A stretch of 28,150 nucleotides of DNA, from NCBI GenBank assembly GCA_039028615.1, contig JBCCHT010000030.1, positions 1 to 28,150 of the forward strand, written 5' to 3'. This stretch comes from Myxococcota bacterium (GTDB taxonomy: Bacteria; Myxococcota_A; Polyangia; Nannocystales; Nannocystaceae). This document shows, one piece after another, positions 1-7,086 of the stretch (position 1 is the stretch's first letter; every line of letters starts with the position of its first letter). Under the pieces are notes generated by a model. It was given only the letters and a program-made list of their open reading frames with translations, was not told the DNA's origin and made no database searches. Position numbers and translations under genes: made by a program.

Positions 1-550
1 ACATACCGCAGCCGCTCAGGTCGAGCGCGGTGCAGTCGAGCGAGCAGCTCGGCGTGCCATTGTCGAAGCCTTCGCTCTCGCAGGTGACCCCGCCGAAGTC
101 CTCGCCGTCGCAGACGTCCTTGCCGTCGAGGATGCCATTTCCGCAGCTGATCGAAGAGCAGCCCGCCGTGTCGTAGCCGGAGCAATCGAGAGCACAGCCG
201 AGCTGGCCGCCGTCGAAGCCTTGGCTGACGCAGTCTTCACCCGCGACGTCGGTGCCGTCGCAAACCTCGGCGCCCTCGATCACGTCGTTGCCGCACTCTT
301 CGCCCGGCCCGTCGTCGGAGGAGGAATCCAGGCCGTCCTCGCCCGTGGTGTCTTCACCCGTGGTGGTCTCGGGCTCGTCCGTGGTGGCCGGCTCGTCCGT
401 GGTGGCCGAGGGCACCGTGCCGGTGTCGCCCGTCGTACCCGCCTCACCCGTGGTCGTTTCTTCCCCCGACGGATCGGTGACCGTAGTGTCGTCCCCACAA
501 CCGAGCACCAGGAGGCTCGCACCCATCAAGGAAATCAAAGTCTTTTGCAT
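1..550 (-). CDS. Cysteine-rich repeat lipoprotein (Myxococcus-type Cys-rich repeat). The 5' part is in the window and the 3' end runs off the window start.
   Basis: The start is an ATG at 548-550 on the minus strand. The N-terminus reads MQKTLISLMGASLLVLGCGDD, a signal peptide with lipobox LVLGC. An acidic Thr/Glu/Asp-rich linker follows. Two tandem ~47-aa repeats follow, ECGNDVIEGAEVCDGTDVAGEDCVSQGFDGGQLGCALDC and SCGNGILDGKDVCDGEDFGGVTCESEGFDNGTPSCSLDC. I translated the frame by hand and found no stop from 550 down to position 2. The gene is absent from the ORF track because the frame runs off the edge. Confidence 0.7.
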   Translation of the reverse strand, partial: MQKTLISLMGASLLVLGCGDDTTVTDPSGEETTTGEAGTTGDTGTVPSATTDEPATTDEPETTTGEDTTGEDGLDSSSDDGPGEECGNDVIEGAEVCDGTDVAGEDCVSQGFDGGQLGCALDCSGYDTAGCSSISCGNGILDGKDVCDGEDFGGVTCESEGFDNGTPSCSLDCTALDLSGCGM

Positions 551-599
551 GGCGGATCGACTCTACCCGGTGACAACCGCATCAAACCAACTCTTCACC

Positions 600-619
600 C
601 GCCTTCATTCGCCTTCATT
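600..619. promoter_or_regulatory. Perfect tandem direct repeat CGCCTTCATT x2 in a divergent intergenic region.
   Basis: It was read directly at 600-609 and 610-619. It lies between the divergently transcribed edge lipoprotein (start 550) and lipoprotein paralogue A (start 739). A nearby 5-5 inverted repeat CCAGT-N5-ACTGG sits at 633-647. Confidence 0.3.
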
Positions 620-738
620 TTCGTGATCGGCCGCCAGTTGGCCACTGGATGCGGTTTGCGGGACTCTGGGCCGACGGCGTGACTCGGTTCACGAAGCGGC
701 TCGATCGGCCTTCGCTTCCCTTGCTAGGCTGCCCGTCG

Positions 739-1296
739 ATGCGCTCGACCCTCCTCCTTCCGCTGCTGCTCGGCGCCACGATCGCCAGCGGGTGCGCCGA
801 TACGGACGGCGCGGTGGAACTCGCGTGGGTCTTCGTCGATCGCAGTGGTGACCCCATCTTCCCCGGTGGCGTGTTCTCGCTGGACGATGAGCGCTCCTCC
901 TGCAATCTCCCCGGATCCATCGGCGATGAGAACCTCACCTACGACGTGAGGGCGGAGCTGGAGATCTGCGATCCAAATTGCGCAGCCGGATGTGATGACG
1001 ACTCCTGCATCGTGCTACCTCGGCGCGCCTTCGCTTGTAATACCGCCTACGGAAACGAGCCGGCCGTGCCCGCGAGCGACGACCGCTACCGCTTCACCGT
1101 CCGCGCCGTCATCAGCGCCCCCAGCATGGACATCGAATGCCGTGACCCCGCGCCCACCTGCGTCGCCACCCCGGCCCCGCGCGAGCGCCAGGTCGACGCC
1201 GGCCTGGTCACCGACCTCCAGGTCTACCAAATCGCCCTCGATGTCGACCGGGACGGCGACAACCGACTCGACCTGGAGGCATGTGGCTGTGCGTAG
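739..1296 (+). CDS. Secreted lipoprotein, paralogue A of a three-gene tandem family.
   Basis: There is an in-frame ATG at 739, inside the 649..1296 ORF. It gives MRSTLLLPLLLGATIASGC with lipobox IASGC. The mature part begins ADTDGAVELAWVFVDRSGDP, shared with the next two genes. It is Cys-rich with 11 Cys. Confidence 0.6.
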   Translation: MRSTLLLPLLLGATIASGCADTDGAVELAWVFVDRSGDPIFPGGVFSLDDERSSCNLPGSIGDENLTYDVRAELEICDPNCAAGCDDDSCIVLPRRAFACNTAYGNEPAVPASDDRYRFTVRAVISAPSMDIECRDPAPTCVATPAPRERQVDAGLVTDLQVYQIALDVDRDGDNRLDLEACGCA

Positions 1297-2086
1297 ACGC
1301 CTTCTCACTTCCCTCGCGCTCCTGACCGCGGCGACCACGGTCGGCTGTGTCTACCCCGCGACCGAGCCCACCGGGGTCGAGCTCTCCTGGCGCTTCATGG
1401 AGAGCAACACCGTCGATGGCGAAGAGGCCACCGCGGTGCGCACCTGCGTCGGTGCCTTCGTGGAGCAAGTCGCCATCCAGATCGAAGACGCCGACGACCC
1501 CACCCGCGACGGGATCTTCCGCTTCGAATGCATGACCGGGTTCCAGACCGCGGTGGATGCTCAGGTCGAGGCCTCCGACGCCTTCGTGCGCCTCGACCCC
1601 GGCCCCTACATCCTGCGGATCAACGCGGTCGACGATGCCGACGAGGCCAACATCGAAGAGCTCGTCGCGGTGCGCGAGATCGACGTCGACGACCGCGGGG
1701 TCACCCTCATGACCACTGCGCTCCAGCGCGCCACCGTCGAGCTCGACCTCAGCCTCAACGGCACCGAGAGCTGCGACGCCCTGGCCCTGCAGCTGCGCTA
1801 TGCCTCCCCCCAGACCGATCTCGCCGACTACCCGGAGGTCACCGACGATGACCCGCCGCTGTACCGCAGCGCCCTGGTCAGCGACCGCGGCCTGGGCCTA
1901 GGAGGGGCGCAAACCGCCTGCGGCGCCGAAGTGGCGGGGGCCCACCTGTTCTCCGAGATCGACCGCGGAGAGTATCTCCTCACCGTAGACGTTGACGGAA
2001 GGGCCTGTAGCGTCACTCTGGACCTGCGGGGACCGGACGGCGTGGTCAGTGTCATCGACCTTGCCAACCTCCCGTGCCCTGGCTAA
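1283..2086 (+). CDS. Secreted lipoprotein, paralogue B. It contains a duplicated VEL-module.
   Basis: GTG at 1283 (or 1289) is in the frame of the 992..2086 ORF and gives (M)AVRRRLLTSLALLTAATTVGC with lipobox TVGC. The mature part has GVELSWRFMESN...GPYILRINAVDD and a second copy TVELDLSLNG...GEYLLTVDVDG. It overlaps the gene A stop by 14 nt, which suggests an operon. Confidence 0.6.
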   Translation: MAVRRRLLTSLALLTAATTVGCVYPATEPTGVELSWRFMESNTVDGEEATAVRTCVGAFVEQVAIQIEDADDPTRDGIFRFECMTGFQTAVDAQVEASDAFVRLDPGPYILRINAVDDADEANIEELVAVREIDVDDRGVTLMTTALQRATVELDLSLNGTESCDALALQLRYASPQTDLADYPEVTDDDPPLYRSALVSDRGLGLGGAQTACGAEVAGAHLFSEIDRGEYLLTVDVDGRACSVTLDLRGPDGVVSVIDLANLPCPG

Positions 2087-2105
2087 AACCCGCCAAACGG
2101 CGACT

Positions 2106-3833
2106 TTGGTGCACAAACGCAGCTACATCGCGGCCCTCATCCTCACGAGCGGCCTGACCGCGTGCCAGGAGCCCCCCAGCTACCGCCTCCGCTGGGCGCT
2201 CGCCGATCGCGGCACGCCCACCGTGGAGGCCTGCGCCGAGTCGGGGCTCTTCGAAGTCCGCGCCCGCGCCTACCTCGATGGCGAGCGCTTCGTCGGCGAG
2301 CTGACGCTCCCCTGCGCCTCCTCCGAGCTGACCGATCCCCAGGGATACGTCGACGGCTCGGCTCTCCCCGCGGGCGACTACCTGCTCCAGCTCCGCGGCA
2401 TCGATCGTGCGGGAGACCCCTGGCGCACCGAGGTCCCCGCCGACCCCGGTGAAGAGGATGCGCCCGACCTCGAGGGCTGTCTCGACGATGCCTCCGCCTG
2501 CCAGGCCACCGAGTTGGTCTGCGACTGCGTGTCGCTCCAGGTTCGCGAAGACGCCACCGTCGATCTACCCGAGCTGCTGCTCGACACCCCGCCCGAGTGC
2601 GACGACGGCATCGACAACGACCAAGACGGCGTCGTCGATGGCCAGGACCCGTCGTGCGAGATCGACGGCGGCATCAGGGGCGAGGGCCTCCCCGTCGGCC
2701 TCACCGAGCTGTCGCTGTCGCTGACCCTGCTGGGCGAGAACCCCAACGCCACCTGCAGCTCCGTGCCCTTGCGTCGGCTCCAGGTTCAGCTCGAGGGCGA
2801 GACCGAGTCGCCCGTCGTCCTCGACGAAGACTGCCAGATCGATCGGCCCTACCTGCTGTCGCTGCGGGTGCCCGCCGACACGTACACCTTCTCCGTCACC
2901 GGTCTCGACCGCGAGTGTGACGAAGAGCTGTGCCTGACCATCGACGACAACCACGCGCAGGGTCTCAACAGCGACCACTGCCTCGACGACTTCCCGCAGT
3001 GCTTCCCCGCCTACTGCGGCGAGCAGCTCGCCAGCTGTGAGACCGACGACCTGACGCGGCCCGAGTGCGCCGCTCAGTTCCCCGATCTGCCCGAGTGCTT
3101 CGCGCCCACCGATCAGGTGCTCACGAAGACCAAGACCTTCACCGCCCAGATCAACGCCACTGGCGGCTCCATCCTCGAGAGCATCGACTTTTCCGCCGAA
3201 GACTTCGTCACCCCCATCGAGGGTCGCGTCGCCTTCAACCCCACCTACGTCAGCGCCCTCGGCCTCGACCTCGCCGGGGCCCAGATCGCCCCGCGCGCCA
3301 GCTGCCAGTCCACCACCGCCCCAGGCACCCTGGACATCGGCGGCCTGCAGATCGAGATGCTCAACGCCCACGGCGGAGCGGTCGACACCCCCGTCATCCT
3401 CGACGGCACCCCCATGGACGGCCGCGAGCGCACCTGCGCCGCCACCTTCACCAGCGAGCCCACCACCTGGGGAGGCTACGCGCTGGCCATCGACGCCGTC
3501 TCGGCCGAGGGCGACATCTGCTTCAGCAACCGCGCCGAGCCCGAGCCCATGCGCCCCGACGACCCGCTCGGCGTGTTCCTGGCCCGCGCCTACGAGACCG
3601 TCGAAGACGACGACGGCAGCCTCGTGATGCGCGTGCCCGACTCGTGCCGCGAGTGCGAAGCCGACGACGACTGCGACCCCGACGAGCCGAACTGGGCCTG
3701 CCTCGAAGGCGTGTGCCAGCGCCCCTGCGAGCTCGACCGCGACTGCGAGAGCTCGGTCCTCGGCGACCTGGGCTTCACCTGCAACGAGATCGACGGCCGC
3801 ACGCTCAGCTACTGCATCCCGCAGGTCGACTGA
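2106..3833 (+). CDS. Large Cys-rich secreted lipoprotein, paralogue C, with a MopE-like Asp/Asn-rich putative metal-binding motif.
   Basis: The real start is probably TTG 2106 or GTG 2109, just after the gene B stop at 2086, not the ATG at 1992 that overlaps gene B. Signal peptide (L)VHKRSYIAALILTSGLTAC, lipobox LTAC. The mature part has YRLRWALADRG...GDYLLQLRGIDRAGD and a second module LTELSLSLTLLGENPNATC...RPYLLSLRVPAD. It contains CDDGIDNDQDGVVDGQDPSC and a C-terminal Cys-rich block CRECEADDDCDPDEPNWACLEGVCQRPCELDRDC. Confidence 0.65.
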   Translation: MVHKRSYIAALILTSGLTACQEPPSYRLRWALADRGTPTVEACAESGLFEVRARAYLDGERFVGELTLPCASSELTDPQGYVDGSALPAGDYLLQLRGIDRAGDPWRTEVPADPGEEDAPDLEGCLDDASACQATELVCDCVSLQVREDATVDLPELLLDTPPECDDGIDNDQDGVVDGQDPSCEIDGGIRGEGLPVGLTELSLSLTLLGENPNATCSSVPLRRLQVQLEGETESPVVLDEDCQIDRPYLLSLRVPADTYTFSVTGLDRECDEELCLTIDDNHAQGLNSDHCLDDFPQCFPAYCGEQLASCETDDLTRPECAAQFPDLPECFAPTDQVLTKTKTFTAQINATGGSILESIDFSAEDFVTPIEGRVAFNPTYVSALGLDLAGAQIAPRASCQSTTAPGTLDIGGLQIEMLNAHGGAVDTPVILDGTPMDGRERTCAATFTSEPTTWGGYALAIDAVSAEGDICFSNRAEPEPMRPDDPLGVFLARAYETVEDDDGSLVMRVPDSCRECEADDDCDPDEPNWACLEGVCQRPCELDRDCESSVLGDLGFTCNEIDGRTLSYCIPQVD

Positions 3834-3906
3834 GCCCGTCGCAGGCTTGTTCCTCGCTCCGGCCGGAGGCCCGCTCCGCGCGAGATGACGGTTTGCGCGT
3901 CAGCGA

Positions 3907-4218
3907 CTACTTCAGACGTTCGCGCCAGTAACCCGGGGCTCGACTGTGGTGCGCAAACGCGACGAGGGTGAGTACACCATCCAACTCCCCGACGATCATC
4001 GAGTACCTGAATCTCTTCAGCTTGAACGCCCGAAACTCGTAGCGCTCGGGCACGTCCCTCGACAATGGCGCCCCCCGAGGGAATCGCTGAATCTGCCGGA
4101 GTTTCGCTTCGTACTCGTCGAGCAGGACGAAACCATACCCCTCGCGCTCTCTCTCCAGGTACGCGACCGCTGCCTCGAGTTCCTGCGCCACCTCGTCGAG
4201 AACTCGAACGAGACTCAT
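3907..4218 (-). CDS. Type II toxin of the ParE/RelE family.
   Basis: 103 aa. The motifs RFPRGAP...FRYSMIVGELDGVLTLVAFAHHSR match the ParE/RelE fold signature (YRV...V.IL.V.H..R). There is a 4-nt ATGA overlap with the upstream antitoxin gene. The region has visibly lower GC than its flanks. Confidence 0.8.
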   Translation of the reverse strand: MSLVRVLDEVAQELEAAVAYLEREREGYGFVLLDEYEAKLRQIQRFPRGAPLSRDVPERYEFRAFKLKRFRYSMIVGELDGVLTLVAFAHHSRAPGYWRERLK

Positions 4219-4439
4219 CGAGCGAGCTTCGAGCGCAACGCTCGCAGGTGCTCTTCGGCATCGTGGAACACCGCGTCACCAGCCTCGATCTTCTGGAGGC
4301 GCCGAGCGATCTCTTCTCGCCATTGCGGGCCCAAAGAGTCCGTCTCCAGGCTGTTGCTCAGCGCTTCGACGATCTCTTCCCGCTCATCTGCAGGCAGAGC
4401 GAGCGCTGCTTGCAGTACCTCCTGAGCCGCGGACGTCAT
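4215..4439 (-). CDS. Antitoxin, putative addiction-module component (TIGR02574-like) partner of ParE-type toxins.
   Basis: 74 aa. MTSAAQEVLQAALALPADEREEIVEALSNSLETD...WREEIARRLQKIEAGDAVFHDAEEHLRALR matches the characteristic L-x-L-P-x-x-ER...W-x-x-E-I-x-RR pattern. It is translationally coupled to the toxin. Confidence 0.8.
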   Translation of the reverse strand: MTSAAQEVLQAALALPADEREEIVEALSNSLETDSLGPQWREEIARRLQKIEAGDAVFHDAEEHLRALRSKLAR

Positions 4440-4503
4440 GCCCGGTCATCCTACGATGAGCAGAAGGGGCCCGCCACTGGGCTTTTTCTCCCAGGGGTGA
4501 GGC

Positions 4504-6252
4504 TCAGTTGGGGATTGCGGTGACGCCGGAAGAGTCGTCGGCCATGCGGTGGACCTCCATCGTCTCGAGGTCGACGAGGAACGACGGGCGGGGGCCCTGG
4601 AACTCGGCGGCGGACTCGTCGTAGACGACGACCGAGTCGTCCGAGGAGAAGCGGGGGCCGAAGGAGACCTCGGCGCCCTCGGTGGGCGGGGCGCTGATGA
4701 GGGTCGGCGTGCCGGGCGTGTCGCCGGAGATGTCGACCAGGTACAGCTCTCGCAGGTCGCCATCGATGGTGTAGGCCATCATGGTGCCGTCGTGCGACAC
4801 GGCGATGTCGCCCTGGCTCCATCCTTCTTCACCGCTGATCTGCTGCGGCGTGCCCGGGCCCGCTTCGGTGAGCGGCGTCCGGTAGATCCTCGGGAACATC
4901 TCCCCCTCGGCGCCGACGTAGTACAGCCAGGTCGACGTGGCATCGAACTGCGACCAGATGATGTCGGCTCCCGCGGTGAGGCCCTGGTTGACCCGCATGG
5001 GCTCCCCCAGCTCACCGCCCGAGGTGTCGGCGACGTAAAGCTCGTGCGTCTCGGGTTGCTCGTGCGCCGCCTGGTAGACGATCCAGCGGGAGTCGGGCGA
5101 CCAGCCGTAGTCCACGATCAACGACTGCGCGGCCCCCGGGGTACTGACGAGCACGGGAAGCTCGGGCACGCCCGACGACAGGTCGACGTGCATGATGTCG
5201 CCCTCGAGGCCATCGCCGACCCAATACACCAACCCGGAGCCATCGGGCGCGACCTGGGGCCGACGGATCTCGAGGCCCGAGAGCGGATCGTCGACGCGAA
5301 TGGGCTCCCCCGGCATCGCCCCCGCGAGGTCGACCCACCAGATGGAGTCTTCGGTAGCCCCGGGCGTGCCGTCGTCGACCGTGTAGATCAGCCCGCCCTG
5401 CACGAATGCACGCGGGATGGCGGTCTCGATGGGATCGACCAGGTCGCTGACGAGCATTGGAGCGCCCGCACCGTCGAGCGACAGGGCGTACGCGTTGGTC
5501 GGGCCGTCGTCCGTGCTCGAGCGATAGCCGAGCCACGCGCCGCCGGGATCGATCACGATCTGAGTACCTATCTGTTCGCTCGGCCCCTCGACGACCAGTG
5601 CCTCGGCCTCGCCCACGACGCCATCGGCGTACGGAATGGAGGTGATGCTGGCCGGGCCGCCGTCGCTGTCGACCACGACCCCGGTAAAGGCTCCCAGCGA
5701 CGCCTGCCAGGTGGTCGTGCCCAACAACGAGGTCTCGGAGATCGGGTCGCCCTCGATCCGCTGCGGCTCGCCCGGGGGTCGCGTGGTCAGATCGACGAGG
5801 TAGCAATCGCGCCCCGGCTGATCGTCATCGAAGGCACAGTACAAGAGCCCGTCGACAGCATCGGTATAGGCGCCCGGCATGCTCCCTCCACCCTCCGGGA
5901 TGTTGGTCGTGACCAGCACCGGGTCGAGCACCTCGCCATCGGCGTACTCGTACATCGACAGCTGAATGAATTCGCCGCCGTCGATGGGCTCGCGCAGGAT
6001 GAAGCGAGCACCCTCGGGCACGGGCTCGGGCTCACCCGTGCTGGTGGAGCTGTCGTCGTCGGTCTCGGCGGTCGCGCTCGAAGTCGAGCCCGAGCTCCCC
6101 GCGGTCTCGTCGACACCATCGCCGGGGCCCGTCGATGATCCACCGATGTCGGTATCGCCGGTCGAAGCGTCTGCAGACGGAACGGGATCGTCGTCGGGGC
6201 AGCCAGAGAGAGAAACCAAGGCAAGCAAGGCGAGGGGAGTCGTGCCCTTCAT
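4504..6252 (-). CDS. Lipoprotein with a TolB-like (PD40/WD40-like) beta-propeller domain.
   Basis: MKGTTPLALLALVSLSGC, lipobox LSGC, then an acidic low-complexity linker. It has recurring PD40-like strands PDGSGLVYWV, SPDSRWIVYQA, SHDGTMMAYT and FSSDDSVVVYDE. Start ATG 6250-6252 and stop TGA at 4504-4506 were checked. Confidence 0.8.
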   Translation of the reverse strand: MKGTTPLALLALVSLSGCPDDDPVPSADASTGDTDIGGSSTGPGDGVDETAGSSGSTSSATAETDDDSSTSTGEPEPVPEGARFILREPIDGGEFIQLSMYEYADGEVLDPVLVTTNIPEGGGSMPGAYTDAVDGLLYCAFDDDQPGRDCYLVDLTTRPPGEPQRIEGDPISETSLLGTTTWQASLGAFTGVVVDSDGGPASITSIPYADGVVGEAEALVVEGPSEQIGTQIVIDPGGAWLGYRSSTDDGPTNAYALSLDGAGAPMLVSDLVDPIETAIPRAFVQGGLIYTVDDGTPGATEDSIWWVDLAGAMPGEPIRVDDPLSGLEIRRPQVAPDGSGLVYWVGDGLEGDIMHVDLSSGVPELPVLVSTPGAAQSLIVDYGWSPDSRWIVYQAAHEQPETHELYVADTSGGELGEPMRVNQGLTAGADIIWSQFDATSTWLYYVGAEGEMFPRIYRTPLTEAGPGTPQQISGEEGWSQGDIAVSHDGTMMAYTIDGDLRELYLVDISGDTPGTPTLISAPPTEGAEVSFGPRFSSDDSVVVYDESAAEFQGPRPSFLVDLETMEVHRMADDSSGVTAIPN

Positions 6253-6319
6253 CGAAGCCGTTAGTGCCGCCGGCTCGAGAAATGATCACCGCCCGCGACG
6301 CTTTTTTTGCCGCAGCCCG

Positions 6320-6940
6320 TCAGCGCACATCCGCGGTCAACGTCTGCGCTTCGCCGTCCCGCTGATACTCGACCACGTAGCGCCGGGCCGCCCGAGCGTT
6401 CATGTACAGCAACATCGTGTCGCGACTCGAGCCGACCGGAATGCCGTTGACGTGGGTGACGACGTCGCCGACCTGGAAGCCGAGCAGCTCCGCCACGGAG
6501 CCCGATTCCATGCCGTCGATGCGCACCCCGAGCGCGGGGGTCTTCACGATGCGGAACCGAAGCTGGCGCGCCACTGCGCCGCCGTTGCTGCGAGCACGGC
6601 GGGCGAAGTCGGTGGTCACCGTGCAGCGCTGGCCGGGCTCTTCGCAGGCGATGGCGTCCTTGGCCCCCTCGAGCGACTCGGCCGACGTGCGGTGCGCCTG
6701 CTGCTCGGCACGATGGGCCTCCTCGACCGCCTCGGCCGCGACCTCGCCCAGCTTCTCGATCCCCACGCGAGCCTCGTCGACCCCCTTGGCCACCACGTCC
6801 TGGGTCACCTCGGCCGCCTGGCGGGCTTCGTCGGACTCGAGCGCGCTGCACCCCAGCGTCGTACTCAACAGCGAGATTCCCAGGCCCAGGCCGCGCGCGT
6901 TCACCATGGCCAGCATAAACATCGAGGGCCGCCGTGCCAT
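6320..6940 (-). CDS. PDZ-domain lipoprotein.
   Basis: The likely start is ATG 6940 giving MARRPSMFMLAMVNARGLGLGISLLSTTLGC with lipobox TLGC. Alternative ATGs lie at 6922, 6916 and 6907. The C-terminus LLGFQVGDVVTHVNGIPVGSSRDTMLLYMNARAARRYVVEYQRDGEAQTL is PDZ-like. Confidence 0.6.
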   Translation of the reverse strand: MARRPSMFMLAMVNARGLGLGISLLSTTLGCSALESDEARQAAEVTQDVVAKGVDEARVGIEKLGEVAAEAVEEAHRAEQQAHRTSAESLEGAKDAIACEEPGQRCTVTTDFARRARSNGGAVARQLRFRIVKTPALGVRIDGMESGSVAELLGFQVGDVVTHVNGIPVGSSRDTMLLYMNARAARRYVVEYQRDGEAQTLTADVR

Positions 6941-7003
6941 GCCATCGTCATTTGAACGACCGGTGGCCGGTCTCACCGTCCGATCTGAAACAGCGTTCAA
7001 CAA

Positions 7004-7035
7004 CCGAATTTCGTGCGTTCACCGGCCAAATTCGG
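7004..7035. promoter_or_regulatory. Inverted repeat CCGAATTT-N16-AAATTCGG in a divergent promoter region.
   Basis: It lies between the PDZ lipoprotein start (6940, minus) and the GHL10 start (7087, plus). The 8-bp arms are perfect, with a second TTCGAA palindrome at 7041-7046. This is a candidate operator. Confidence 0.3.
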
Positions 7036-7086
7036 CGGTATTCGAAGACCGTGGAGCACATGTAAGGCCCTATACTCCGAGGTGTG

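Noticed and set aside
992-1282. Upstream extension of lipoprotein B ORF
   Set aside because: It overlaps lipoprotein A in another frame with Pro/Ser/Thr-rich low-complexity translation. The signal peptide begins at GTG 1283.
1992-2105. ATG 1992 start for lipoprotein C
   Set aside because: It would overlap gene B by 95 nt and put about 38 non-signal residues before the signal peptide. TTG 2106 or GTG 2109 right after the gene B stop fits better.
3856-3900. Palindrome CTCCGGCCGGAG and CGCGC...GCGCG inverted repeat between convergent genes
   Set aside because: The stems are short or the loops too long, and there is no clear T-run. It may contribute to termination but is not callable.
4549-6138. 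529-aa plus-strand ORF
   Set aside because: It is an Arg/Gly/Asp-rich shadow ORF antisense to the TolB-like lipoprotein gene, with no motifs. High-GC genomes generate long open antisense frames.
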